Positions 28,360 to 36,727 of a DNA stretch of 64,000 nt are shown here, one piece after another. Origin of the DNA: Clostridia bacterium (GTDB lineage Bacteria; Bacillota; Clostridia; Christensenellales; UBA1242). The notes beneath the pieces were generated by a model, which had not been told where the DNA came from, made no database searches, and saw nothing but the letters and a program-made list of their open reading frames with translations. The stretch covers positions 9,703 to 73,702 of the forward strand of contig JAZUAE010000018.1 in NCBI GenBank assembly GCA_045637805.1. Reading direction: 5' to 3'. Each line of letters opens with the position of its first letter. Positions within the stretch are counted from its first letter, which is position 1. The position numbers and the translations under genes were made by a program.

Positions 28360-28626
28360 TTATTTATTTAGTTGTTCATCTATTATTTTGCCTTGCTTTA
28401 TCTTTTCTTTTAATGTCTGACTTTCACTTATGTCTATAAATTCTACTAGTTCACTCATTTGGTATATGCCCTGTGGATATCTACTTTGCAAGACCTTATC
28501 TCTTAGTTCATTATAGTCATTTATCCTTCTTTCTTTTCTCAAAGCTTCTCTTACTTTTGATAGCATAAATAACACATTCCCATCTGGACCATCTATGTCT
28601 ATATAAACTAATGGTTTCTTTCTCAT
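28360..28626 (-). CDS. hypothetical phage protein
   Basis: 88-aa ORF, overlapping stop/start with the upstream gene. Confidence 0.4.
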   Translation of the reverse strand: MRKKPLVYIDIDGPDGNVLFMLSKVREALRKERRINDYNELRDKVLQSRYPQGIYQMSELVEFIDISESQTLKEKIKQGKIIDEQLNK

Positions 28627-28862
28627 ATGTTTGACACCCTTTTAATATACACACCAAGTTTTGTTTCTTCAACTTCTTGTTCTGTAAAAATTTTATTTAG
28701 TTTCTCCATTACATAATCTGTGATTTTTACTGGTGGAGCTTCTTGTTCGTATATATCAATCACAGAGCCAACTACTGCTCGAACTTGTTCAATCATATCT
28801 TTCTTTACTCTTAGGAATTTATAATTACCATCAAGTTCAAGTATCATCAACCATTTTTCCAT
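28623..28862 (-). CDS. hypothetical phage protein
   Basis: Start moved to ATG 28862 (AGGAGA SD). The upstream extension in the ORF track covers the conserved intergenic motif. Confidence 0.4.
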   Translation of the reverse strand: MEKWLMILELDGNYKFLRVKKDMIEQVRAVVGSVIDIYEQEAPPVKITDYVMEKLNKIFTEQEVEETKLGVYIKRVSNI

Positions 28863-28893
28863 ATTTTTTCTCCTTCTATGTGTATCAAAACAA

Positions 28894-28919
28894 TACCGCA
28901 AAGGTTATTCAAAGTCCAG
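28894..28919 (-). promoter_or_regulatory. copy 2 of the conserved 26-nt phage motif
   Basis: Minus strand reads CTGGACTTTGAATAACCTTTGCGGTA. Ends 31 nt upstream of ATG 28862. Confidence 0.5.
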
Positions 28920-28940
28920 TGTTAATTGAAAGAAAAATCG

Positions 28941-30326
28941 CTATTCTTCGTATAATTTTGTGTCTTTGAATAGTATTTCTTTCCCATCTCTTTCTAGGTA
29001 TATGTCATCACTTCCAAATGCTTTGACAAATCGTTTTACGATTACATCGCAATAGTTTTCGCTTAATTCCGAATTATATGATTTTCTGTTCAGTTGTTCG
29101 CAAGCCATTAATGTAGAACCACTACCTGCAAAGGCATCAAACACGATTTCTCTTTCACGACTACTGTTGCGAATTAGTTTCCCACATAATGTTATTGGTT
29201 TCATTGTTGGATGTTCTGCATTTCTTAGTGGTTTTGCATCTTTTATTATATCGCTTGGATAGTTTTCTAGTATTTTGTTTAGCAAGTCAACAAGTTCTTC
29301 TTTCTTCAATTTGCTTATGTCTTTGGTTGTTTCTATTACTGTTGATAGTGTCCTATCGTGTATGAAATAATGTGGTTTACCATCTACCACTTTCCAACCA
29401 TATAGGATTGGTTCATGCTGCCACTGGTAGTCGTTGCGACCAAGTGTGAAATGGTCTTTTGCCCAAACTAGTGTTTGTGATACTTTGAACCCAGCATCTT
29501 TCATTGCTTCAATAAAGTTTACTGATTCTTTAGTGCTATGGAATACATAGATTGCTCCACCACCTTTTGTTATTGCATATGCTGTTTCGTAAAACTTGAA
29601 AAGGAACTTGTAGAACGACTCATCATCCATGTTGTCGTTTAGTATGCTTCTGTTCTCCATAATCACACCACGAGCCCTTGCTCTATCCTGCTCGCTATTA
29701 CCATAATCTATGTTGTATGGTGGATCGGTTACAATTAAACTTGCTTGCTCGTTTTCGACAAAAAGTCGCTCTATATCCTCCAGCTTTGTGCTATCTCCAC
29801 ACAACAATTTATGTTGTTTGATATGCCAGATATCGCCACTTTGAGTAAATGGTTTGTTGTCTATTTCTTCCAAAGCTTCGCCAACATCAAAGTTGTCCTC
29901 ACTGACATTATATTCCGTTCCTGCAAACAACTCATCCAATTCTTCTGTTTCAAAACCTGTAAGGGAAACTATTCCACCTTGATCTAACTCCTTAAGCAAA
30001 TCTGTAAGCAAGTCATTATCCCATTCGCCACTAATTTTATTTAGTGCAATGTTTAATGCTTTCTCTTTTTGCTCATCAAGATCTACAATCACACAATCAA
30101 CTTCGGTGTATCCTAGGTGTTTCATTACTTCAAGTCGTTGGTGTCCACCAACTACTGTGTTTGTTCTTCTATTTAGAATTATTGGTTCTACATAGCCGAA
30201 TTCTTCAATGCTCTTTTTCAGTTTCTCAAACTCTTTGTCGCCAGGTTTTAACTTCTTTCTTGGGTTGTAGTCTGCTGGTTTTAATTGTTCAACTTTTAAT
30301 TTCTCAATTTGCATTATATTCTCCAT
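28941..30326 (-). CDS. ParB-like N-terminal domain fused to N6-adenine/N4-cytosine DNA methyltransferase
   Basis: ParB/Srx-type N-terminus (YNPRK...VVGGHQR). TDPPY catalytic motif. FAGSGST SAM-binding motif. Confidence 0.85.
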   Translation of the reverse strand: MENIMQIEKLKVEQLKPADYNPRKKLKPGDKEFEKLKKSIEEFGYVEPIILNRRTNTVVGGHQRLEVMKHLGYTEVDCVIVDLDEQKEKALNIALNKISGEWDNDLLTDLLKELDQGGIVSLTGFETEELDELFAGTEYNVSEDNFDVGEALEEIDNKPFTQSGDIWHIKQHKLLCGDSTKLEDIERLFVENEQASLIVTDPPYNIDYGNSEQDRARARGVIMENRSILNDNMDDESFYKFLFKFYETAYAITKGGGAIYVFHSTKESVNFIEAMKDAGFKVSQTLVWAKDHFTLGRNDYQWQHEPILYGWKVVDGKPHYFIHDRTLSTVIETTKDISKLKKEELVDLLNKILENYPSDIIKDAKPLRNAEHPTMKPITLCGKLIRNSSREREIVFDAFAGSGSTLMACEQLNRKSYNSELSENYCDVIVKRFVKAFGSDDIYLERDGKEILFKDTKLYEE

Positions 30327-30360
30327 AATAAAAAGGGACTCAATTACGAATCCCTTTTGT

Positions 30361-31446
30361 TTAATCTTTTATTTGTTCCCAAGGAAACTCAGGTCTGCCA
30401 AAATGTCCATAGCACGCTGTTTGCTTATAAATTGGATTTAGCAATCCTAGTTCCTTGATTATATTGTCTGGTCTAAAATCAAAGTTATCATCCACATACT
30501 TTGCGATTTCTTTTAATGGTTTTGTGTTTGTTCCGAAGCAATCAATGCAGATTGACACTGGATCGGCAAGCCCTATCGCATAAGCAACTTGAATTTCGCA
30601 CTCTGTTGCAAGTCCATGTGCTACGATATTCTTGGCAACATACCTTGCGTAGTATGCTCCTGACCTATCTACTTTGGTTGCATTTTTAGAACTGAAACAT
30701 CCGCCACCCACTCGGCCAACTCCACCATAAGTATCTACCACAATCTTACGACCAACACAGCCACTATCTCCAAAGCTTCCCCATACTGTGAATTTACCAC
30801 TTGGATTCACAATGATTTGTGTTTGATTGCCAATAAGGTGTGCATATTCCGCCAAAACAGGCGCAACAACCTTGTCAGCGATTGTATCCCTTATTTCTTC
30901 CTTACTTAGGCTCTTATCGTGCGACACGCTGATTAAAATGGTTGCAAACTCCAACACCTTTTTGTTGTTGTATAAAACTGACACTTGGCTCTTTGCATCT
31001 GCAAAGTATTTATCGGTGGTTCTTCTAAAAACATCATACTGTTTCATAAGTTTATGAGCGACAATTATTGGCAATGGCATATACTCATCTGTCTCAGCTG
31101 ATGCATATCCATAGACCATACCTTGGTCGTTTGCACAAAGTTCTTTCTTTACCACTGCTTGGTTGATATCTGGACTTTGCTCACTAAGTTCTTTAATGAT
31201 TGTAAACTCGTTTTTGTATCCTATATCCTTTAATACTTCCTTGGCAATTTTATCATAGTCAATGTTTGCTTTGGTTGTTGCTTCCCCATAAATAAATAAT
31301 TTGTCATTCTTTATGGCACATTCAACTGCCATTTGGCTATTTGGATCTTGGCTTAATGCTTCATCCAAAAATGCATCTGCGATTATATCGCATGTCTTGT
31401 CTGGGTGTCCACAATTGACACTTTCACTTGTTACTACTTTAATCAT
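30361..31446 (-). CDS. metK: S-adenosylmethionine synthetase (compact, 361 aa)
   Basis: GHPDKTCD, QSPDINQ, DQGMVYGYA, DAKSQV, GRKIVVDTYGG, GGGCFSSKNATKVDRSGAYYARYVAKN and ACYGHFGR align along the whole MetK fold. Confidence 0.95.
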   Translation of the reverse strand: MIKVVTSESVNCGHPDKTCDIIADAFLDEALSQDPNSQMAVECAIKNDKLFIYGEATTKANIDYDKIAKEVLKDIGYKNEFTIIKELSEQSPDINQAVVKKELCANDQGMVYGYASAETDEYMPLPIIVAHKLMKQYDVFRRTTDKYFADAKSQVSVLYNNKKVLEFATILISVSHDKSLSKEEIRDTIADKVVAPVLAEYAHLIGNQTQIIVNPSGKFTVWGSFGDSGCVGRKIVVDTYGGVGRVGGGCFSSKNATKVDRSGAYYARYVAKNIVAHGLATECEIQVAYAIGLADPVSICIDCFGTNTKPLKEIAKYVDDNFDFRPDNIIKELGLLNPIYKQTACYGHFGRPEFPWEQIKD

Positions 31447-31488
31447 ATTCTCTCCTATTTGATTTTATATTTCCATAAAAAGTCATAG

Positions 31489-31622
31489 AAAAACCCATCG
31501 CTACCGATGGGCTAAAATTCGAATATAGGAATTACCATCGGTCAGCCTTTAGCACCTTAGCATCGCCAGGTTGCTGTGTGGTCATAGGGGCTGTCCCTCG
31601 CACACTCTTTATGGATGCTTTC
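31489..31622 (-). promoter_or_regulatory. SAM-I (S-box) riboswitch with intrinsic terminator, 5' of metK
   Basis: Minus strand reads ...CCATAAAGAG..GAGGGACAGCCCCTATGA..CAGCAACC..AGGTGCTAAAGGCTGACCGATGG. Then the terminator CCCATCGgtagCGATGGG+TTTTT. CCGATGG can alternatively pair with CCATCGG (antiterminator logic). TATAAT box at 31624-31629. Confidence 0.8.
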
Positions 31623-31637
31623 ATTATAGCATACCTT

Positions 31638-32981
31638 TTATGAATTTGTATCATTTTTAAATAATTTTATGAAAATTTCTTCAAGTACATTGATTACAAT
31701 GCCATTTCCTGCTTGTTTGTACATTTGTGTGTTGCTTATTTTTGTCGCTTTTATCTTATCTATTTGTTCATCTTTCCAGCCCATAAGTCGCCAACACTCT
31801 GTTGGTGTCAATTTTCTAATTCTCAAATAGTCATCTGTTTCGTGCTTCTCAGCTTTTAGAACTGATGCACTTGCTGTGTCTACTCCACAATTCGTTGTTT
31901 GCGTTGGTGCTATGTCACTAATTTCTTTGCTATGATATGGATTGAACAATTCTGGAATATATCCGTGCTTATCTGTAAATTTCTTATATCCACGACAAAT
32001 TAGTTTGTTTGGTTTCTCAATTACAAGGTTATCTTTTGTAACTGTAGTAAGTGCATTCGTTGTACCCTTGTTATTTGGTTCTATTACTTGTCCAGCCTCT
32101 CTCCCACGAATTGCTACAATCTTGGTTTCTGTTCCTCCGCCGCCACCTGCCATTATTGTTGGACATATTCCATCTGGATCGAACACCTGTCTTATTTGGT
32201 TATATCGTTTATCCCAAACTCCACCCTCTAATTTACCTACTGCTATAAGCTTTGGTTCGTGATAATCTCTTGCACATAATGTTGCACAAATATCTTGGTC
32301 GCCATGTAGCAATCCTTTTCTTTGGTTAAATGTTGTATTGAGTATACTTATAATCGTTGATGCTTTTAGGTAGTACCTTTCTTCAACTTCATCTTCAAGT
32401 ATATCCTTGAGTCTTTTATTAAGCGGCTGTTTTTCTGGGAATACAAATGGTTTATGATCTCCAAGTATTGAAACACCGAACACCCTTTCTCTGTTTTGTG
32501 GTATTCCATAATCTTTGGCATTTAACACTTTTGTATAAGTTGTGTATCCTAAACCATTCAAAAAGGATAGCCATTTCTCATAGCTATCCTTAAATTTGAC
32601 TCCTATTAAGTTTTTAACATTTTCAAGTAGCAGATATTTTGGAAGTGTTCCTTGTTCTTTGGCGACTAGTAGCAATCGCTCAACTTCCCACAACAACCCT
32701 GACCTAGTGCCACTACCTTGCTCAAAGCCTTTTTGCAATCCTGCAACCGATATGTCTTGGCAAGGGAACGAATACGTCCAAAGGTCTGCTTTTGGCAAAT
32801 TCTTAATTTGTGTTATATCTCCAAGATTATTTACATTAGGATTATGCAAAGCTCTATATGATTTATCTGCAGATACATCATTATCTGACACTGCAATAAC
32901 TTCGTGTTCTATTCCTATGTTCTTCAATGCTTGGGTTTGCGATCCTATGCCTGAGAATAATTCAATTACTTTTAGCATCAT
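31638..32981 (-). CDS. DNA (cytosine-5)-methyltransferase
   Basis: Motif I ELFSGIGS, IV FPCQDIS, VI ENVKNL, VIII QNRERVF, X AGNGIV. Confidence 0.95.
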   Translation of the reverse strand: MMLKVIELFSGIGSQTQALKNIGIEHEVIAVSDNDVSADKSYRALHNPNVNNLGDITQIKNLPKADLWTYSFPCQDISVAGLQKGFEQGSGTRSGLLWEVERLLLVAKEQGTLPKYLLLENVKNLIGVKFKDSYEKWLSFLNGLGYTTYTKVLNAKDYGIPQNRERVFGVSILGDHKPFVFPEKQPLNKRLKDILEDEVEERYYLKASTIISILNTTFNQRKGLLHGDQDICATLCARDYHEPKLIAVGKLEGGVWDKRYNQIRQVFDPDGICPTIMAGGGGGTETKIVAIRGREAGQVIEPNNKGTTNALTTVTKDNLVIEKPNKLICRGYKKFTDKHGYIPELFNPYHSKEISDIAPTQTTNCGVDTASASVLKAEKHETDDYLRIRKLTPTECWRLMGWKDEQIDKIKATKISNTQMYKQAGNGIVINVLEEIFIKLFKNDTNS

Positions 32982-33466
32982 TTCCCCCTTAGTAAACTTT
33001 CCATAATGTCATCATTTGGAGAGTTGTTGTCTAATTCTGTTAGTTTTGTTTCTCTAACGACTTGATAAATTTTACCCCAAACATCATTTGTCATTTTCAA
33101 GTATTGTTGTGCTAATGACACATAAGGATTTGGTATCGGTTTACCACTGTTATCCTTTACTAAAAATCCATGAGTATTTATTGCTTCTTCACTTTCAAGC
33201 CATCTAGACTTGCAGTGAGCATATTCTTCTACGTTATATGGAAGAATTCCTTTTGTACAACCAATCTTTTCCAACCATTCAACCAAATTTTTATAAATTT
33301 CTTTTGCTTTTTTAGTAAGCCAACTTGGTGGTTCTTTTGGCAATTCCTTCCCTTCATCAAATTGAAGAACTTCTATCGGTCGCTTGCCAGGATTCCCATT
33401 TAAAATTTTTTCTGTAACCGATTTCTTAGGTCGCCCTGCACCAGCTCTATATCCACCACTTGCCAT
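32978..33466 (-). CDS. terminase small subunit (P27-like)
   Basis: GRPKKSVTEKILNGNPGKRP...PSWL..KAKEIY pattern. 162 aa. Confidence 0.8.
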   Translation of the reverse strand: MASGGYRAGAGRPKKSVTEKILNGNPGKRPIEVLQFDEGKELPKEPPSWLTKKAKEIYKNLVEWLEKIGCTKGILPYNVEEYAHCKSRWLESEEAINTHGFLVKDNSGKPIPNPYVSLAQQYLKMTNDVWGKIYQVVRETKLTELDNNSPNDDIMESLLRGK

Positions 33467-33475
33467 CTCTTTACC

Positions 33476-33640
33476 TCACTTTTTGATTATTTTTTGATTT
33501 ATTTTGATTATTTTTTGATTTTTACCAACACCAAAATAAAAATGTTAGAAATGAAAAAACACAGCATTTTTCAAGTGATTTGCTGTGTTTTCAAATTATA
33601 ATTTTTGATTTTTTTGTTTGATTTTTGATTTTGCGACTTT
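33476..33640. repeat. two blocks of helically phased TTGATT(T/A) / A-tract repeats flanking a hairpin, upstream of terS
   Basis: ttgattatttt ttgatttatt ttgattatttt ttgattttt at 33480-33520 (period 10-11). Three more copies at 33600-33632, including TTTTGATTTTGCGAC. Confidence 0.55.
33553..33590. terminator. bidirectional hairpin terminator
   Basis: AAAACACAGCA-N14-TGCTGTGTTTT with A/T runs on both sides. Confidence 0.55.
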
Positions 33641-33704
33641 TTCTGTATGACTGCCGCCCCGCTCTTTAAGTTAAAGGCTGTAGAGATTTACATCCCCCTG
33701 GTGC

Positions 33705-34196
33705 CTACTTCTTTCTCGCCCAATTTATAAAGTTCGCTGCTTGGAATTTACCATATGTGGTATCTCTTTCTTTTATAAGTCTATTGTATTCACTACCACT
33801 TGCATTGTTTATCTGTCTATCTAATGAGTCTAGTTGTTTTCTGTATTTGTTTTGTGCTTGGGTTGTGATCTTGTTTACTTGATTTGGAGTTCTTACTATT
33901 TGGTTCATTAAGTTTTCTTTTTCTTGTTTATAACCTGCTTTATTTGCAGTATTTGCTGTTCTTCTGAACCCTCTTTCATAATCGCTTATATGAGATGAAT
34001 ATAATACTTCTTTCATTGCTTGTTTTGTATTACCACTATCTCTATCTAATTTCCTTAATCTTTCTACTGTCGCACTTACCGACTCTTTTGCTGGCATTCC
34101 TGCATCTGCTAATATTTTGTGTATGCCTTCTGCCCTTTTTTGCAAGCCTCTATCACTAGTTTTTTCACTTATTGAGTTTCCACCTCTACCGCCCAT
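33705..34196 (-). CDS. hypothetical phage protein
   Basis: 163-aa basic protein. No motif recognised. Confidence 0.4.
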   Translation of the reverse strand: MGGRGGNSISEKTSDRGLQKRAEGIHKILADAGMPAKESVSATVERLRKLDRDSGNTKQAMKEVLYSSHISDYERGFRRTANTANKAGYKQEKENLMNQIVRTPNQVNKITTQAQNKYRKQLDSLDRQINNASGSEYNRLIKERDTTYGKFQAANFINWARKK

Positions 34197-34212
34197 ATTA
34201 TTTCTCCTTTTA

Positions 34213-34455
34213 TTAAAATTCTTCTACTAATAATTCTCTAAACTTTCTATAATCCTGTGGTATTTTTTCTAGCATTTCTTCAGCTTCGTTATAATACTCT
34301 TTCTTTGCTTGTTCAAGACCTTTTTTATCTTCAACTTCACTTCCGATTAATAGTAGTGTTACTGCATCATCGTATTGTGCCTTATACTCTAAAACCACTT
34401 TTTTGGTATATTTGTTTATAAGGTCTTTTTCCATTTTTTTGAGTTCATTTGTCAT
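34213..34455 (-). CDS. hypothetical phage protein
   Basis: Start moved to ATG 34455 (AAAAGGAGAAAAAC SD). The upstream extension covers the conserved motif. Confidence 0.4.
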   Translation of the reverse strand: MTNELKKMEKDLINKYTKKVVLEYKAQYDDAVTLLLIGSEVEDKKGLEQAKKEYYNEAEEMLEKIPQDYRKFRELLVEEF

Positions 34456-34485
34456 AGTTTTTCTCCTTTTATTCAACACAAAACA

Positions 34486-34511
34486 TACCGCAAACAATTT
34501 CGAAAGTCCAG
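34486..34511 (-). promoter_or_regulatory. copy 3 of the conserved 26-nt phage motif
   Basis: Minus strand reads CTGGACTTTCGAAATTGTTTGCGGTA. Ends 30 nt upstream of ATG 34455. Confidence 0.5.
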
Positions 34512-34513
34512 GG

Positions 34514-35248
34514 TTATTCCGAAGTTTTTCGCATTAATTTGAACTTTTCATCCATTATGTATCCCATATGGAATATGTTCTTTTCTCTCTCTAATTCTTT
34601 TGGAATATTTCCCCAAAACAACACCTTTTTAGGTTTTAGTTTCTTTTTCATTTCCATATAACCTTTAAGGAATAATTCTCTACTTTCTTCCTGCCTTTGT
34701 GTTCCTATTGAACTTACTGCAACAATTGACTTCTTTGGTTCGCCATCAAAACACCACTCGAAACTTTCTTCATCGCTCCATCCGATTGTTGGTATAACCT
34801 TTATTCCAAACAATTCCAAATATGCACCTATCCAATGTTTCTGATAATGTTTCCACATCTGCATCGCTTTTGGATAGTCTAGGAACATACTAAAATCTGG
34901 ACTTAGCACATACCTATATTTCAATAATAATGGTACATACTTGTTTGGGTTGTTCCATAATCTATTGAATTGGTAATCATCAAGGAAGAAATGTATTCCA
35001 AAATCGGTTTTTTGTGCTTTTTCAAATGTTTTTGCGTAATTAAAACCAATAAATTGCACTTTTTCATTAATTTCGCTTATTCCTTGTATCTCTGGTATAT
35101 TCCATTTGTTGTTGGCATAAAAGTTTATTTTCTTTATGTTGTCATTGTCTGGCTTGTACACCGAACCTACTACCTTCTTTAATTGACTTCCTACTATGGC
35201 ACGACCAACATAATGTTTGCAAGTTATCCAAATCATAAGGTTCGCCAC
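34514..35248 (-). CDS. DUF4417-like phage protein
   Basis: HFFLDDYQFNRLWNNPNKYVPLL..YVLSPDFSMFLDYPKAMQMWKHYQKHWIGAYL..GIKVIPTIGW recalls the DUF4417 pattern (from memory). The 5' end overlaps the HNH gene, so the true start is uncertain. Confidence 0.55.
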   Translation of the reverse strand: MANLMIWITCKHYVGRAIVGSQLKKVVGSVYKPDNDNIKKINFYANNKWNIPEIQGISEINEKVQFIGFNYAKTFEKAQKTDFGIHFFLDDYQFNRLWNNPNKYVPLLLKYRYVLSPDFSMFLDYPKAMQMWKHYQKHWIGAYLELFGIKVIPTIGWSDEESFEWCFDGEPKKSIVAVSSIGTQRQEESRELFLKGYMEMKKKLKPKKVLFWGNIPKELEREKNIFHMGYIMDEKFKLMRKTSE

Positions 35249-35516
35249 CTTGCTTTATTGGTACTATATGGTCAACAATCTTTCCTACTACCATCGTTCC
35301 GTTTCTTTGGCATTCTTCACAAAATGGATTTATGTGCAATTTCTTTTTCCTGGTTTCTATCCATCGCTGTGTTCTATAAAAGGTTCTGCTTAGTTCATCT
35401 CTCTTGTATTGATTATAAATTTTGTTGTCCTCTCTTTTATGCTTTTCACAGAATGTTTCATTTGTCAGTTCTGGACACCCAGGATGTCTACAAGGTTTTT
35501 TAGGTCTATATGGCAT
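35142..35516 (-). CDS. HNH endonuclease (terminase-associated type)
   Basis: CxxC...HIVPIKQGGEPYDLDNLQTLCWSCHSRK. 124 aa. Confidence 0.85.
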   Translation of the reverse strand: MPYRPKKPCRHPGCPELTNETFCEKHKREDNKIYNQYKRDELSRTFYRTQRWIETRKKKLHINPFCEECQRNGTMVVGKIVDHIVPIKQGGEPYDLDNLQTLCWSCHSRKSIKEGSRFGVQARQ

Positions 35517-35595
35517 ATCACTCTCCTAAATAAAAACAACCCACCTTTCATTTGGTGAGCTGTTTTGCAATTTCAATTATATTATACGGCTTAGT

Positions 35596-35633
35596 CGTTC
35601 ACTTTCGTTCACTTTTCGTTCTCTGTCGTTCAC
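35596..35633. repeat. four phased GTGAACG (minus-strand) repeats, period 10-11 bp
   Basis: CGTTCAC at 35596, 35606 and 35627, plus CGTTCTC at 35617. The first minus-strand copy contains the regulator's TGA stop. Confidence 0.55.
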
Positions 35634-35956
35634 TTTTTTATATCATCGTAAATTTTGGCTAGATTTTTAAGTGCTTTCTCTCTCATTTTGTATATGTTTG
35701 ACTTACAAGTAAACAACAATCTTGCTACTTCACTGAGAGATTTCGCATTTTTATAAATCAAAATTATCACTTCTTTCTCTTTCTCGTTCATACAATTCAT
35801 CGAGAATTCCAATAATTGCATTTGCTGTTTCAGATGTCCAAGATTTTCCTTTAATGAAAGGTTTGATTCTTCTGACTGTGAGTCTGCTAATTTGATCTTG
35901 TTCAAATTTAGTTGATAATTCTGCAATAAGTTCTTCACAACATCTAATGTACCCAT
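35630..35956 (-). CDS. ArpU-family / sigma-70 region-4-like late transcription regulator
   Basis: 108 aa. C-terminal HTH EKEVIILIYKNAKSLSEVARLLFTCKSNIYKMREKALKNLAKIY. N-terminus parallels the 52985..53371 protein. Confidence 0.6.
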   Translation of the reverse strand: MGTLDVVKNLLQNYQLNLNKIKLADSQSEESNLSLKENLGHLKQQMQLLEFSMNCMNEKEKEVIILIYKNAKSLSEVARLLFTCKSNIYKMREKALKNLAKIYDDIKK

Positions 35957-36419
35957 CTCTCCCTCCTACGTCGTAGATTAAATCTAATTGTTCTAGCATT
36001 TTATATCTGTATTTTTCTTCTACCCAATCTAATTCGTTTGGCAAATCTTCAATTTTTGTTTCATACCAAGCCCTAATCTGTCCGCATTCTTCTAAATCTT
36101 CATCGTAATCTTCAGCTTCACAAATGCCAACAATTTCCCACGATTGCATATTTGCAAATTTTTGCCTTTGTTTTATAAAAAACATTAGGTTTTTACCTGT
36201 TTCTTCGTGAATATAGGTCGTTCTGAAATATCTTTTATACCAAACTTTCTTATTAAGGGTTATATACAATTCGAGTTCATTTTTTATATTTTTATCTAAT
36301 CGGAAATTTGGTGGAAGGTCGCTACCAAAATCTCCAACCAATAAATTGAATATTAACGCATAGTCAAATTTCGCTTCCTTTGAAATTCCCACGCGATGGA
36401 TGATATATTCTTCCACCAA
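35751..36419 (-). CDS. hypothetical phage protein (3' end uncertain)
   Basis: 222-aa ORF. Its last 68 codons overlap the regulator gene in another frame. Confidence 0.4.
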   Translation of the reverse strand: MVEEYIIHRVGISKEAKFDYALIFNLLVGDFGSDLPPNFRLDKNIKNELELYITLNKKVWYKRYFRTTYIHEETGKNLMFFIKQRQKFANMQSWEIVGICEAEDYDEDLEECGQIRAWYETKIEDLPNELDWVEEKYRYKMLEQLDLIYDVGGRDGYIRCCEELIAELSTKFEQDQISRLTVRRIKPFIKGKSWTSETANAIIGILDELYERERERSDNFDL

Positions 36420-36428
36420 TTGCCTCCA

Positions 36429-36707
36429 TTAAATATTTTCAATAATTTCCTTTACTTCTTCAACAGAAGTGACAACCCTTGCAATTCCTTTTGCTCTTGC
36501 TATTTTAGTAAGGGTTATTTTTTGTAGAACTGTTGGTTTTCTCCCTGGTTGTTTACATTCAAATCCTATAAACTTCCCTTTATAGCAAACTATTATGTCT
36601 GGAATTCCTGCTGTTCCGAACTGACCACCATGTTCTTTCCAGAAAAATAGGTTTGGAATTGACTGCAAGTATTTTTTTATTTCATTTACAATCTCTTGCT
36701 CTTTCAT
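36429..36707 (-). CDS. VRR-NUC domain nuclease
   Basis: GIPDIIVCYKGKFIGFECKQPG (D..E.K PD-(D/E)xK core). Start moved to ATG 36707 because the upstream extension covers the iterons. Confidence 0.75.
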   Translation of the reverse strand: MKEQEIVNEIKKYLQSIPNLFFWKEHGGQFGTAGIPDIIVCYKGKFIGFECKQPGRKPTVLQKITLTKIARAKGIARVVTSVEEVKEIIENI

Positions 36708-36727
36708 TTTCCCTCCAAATTGATAGT

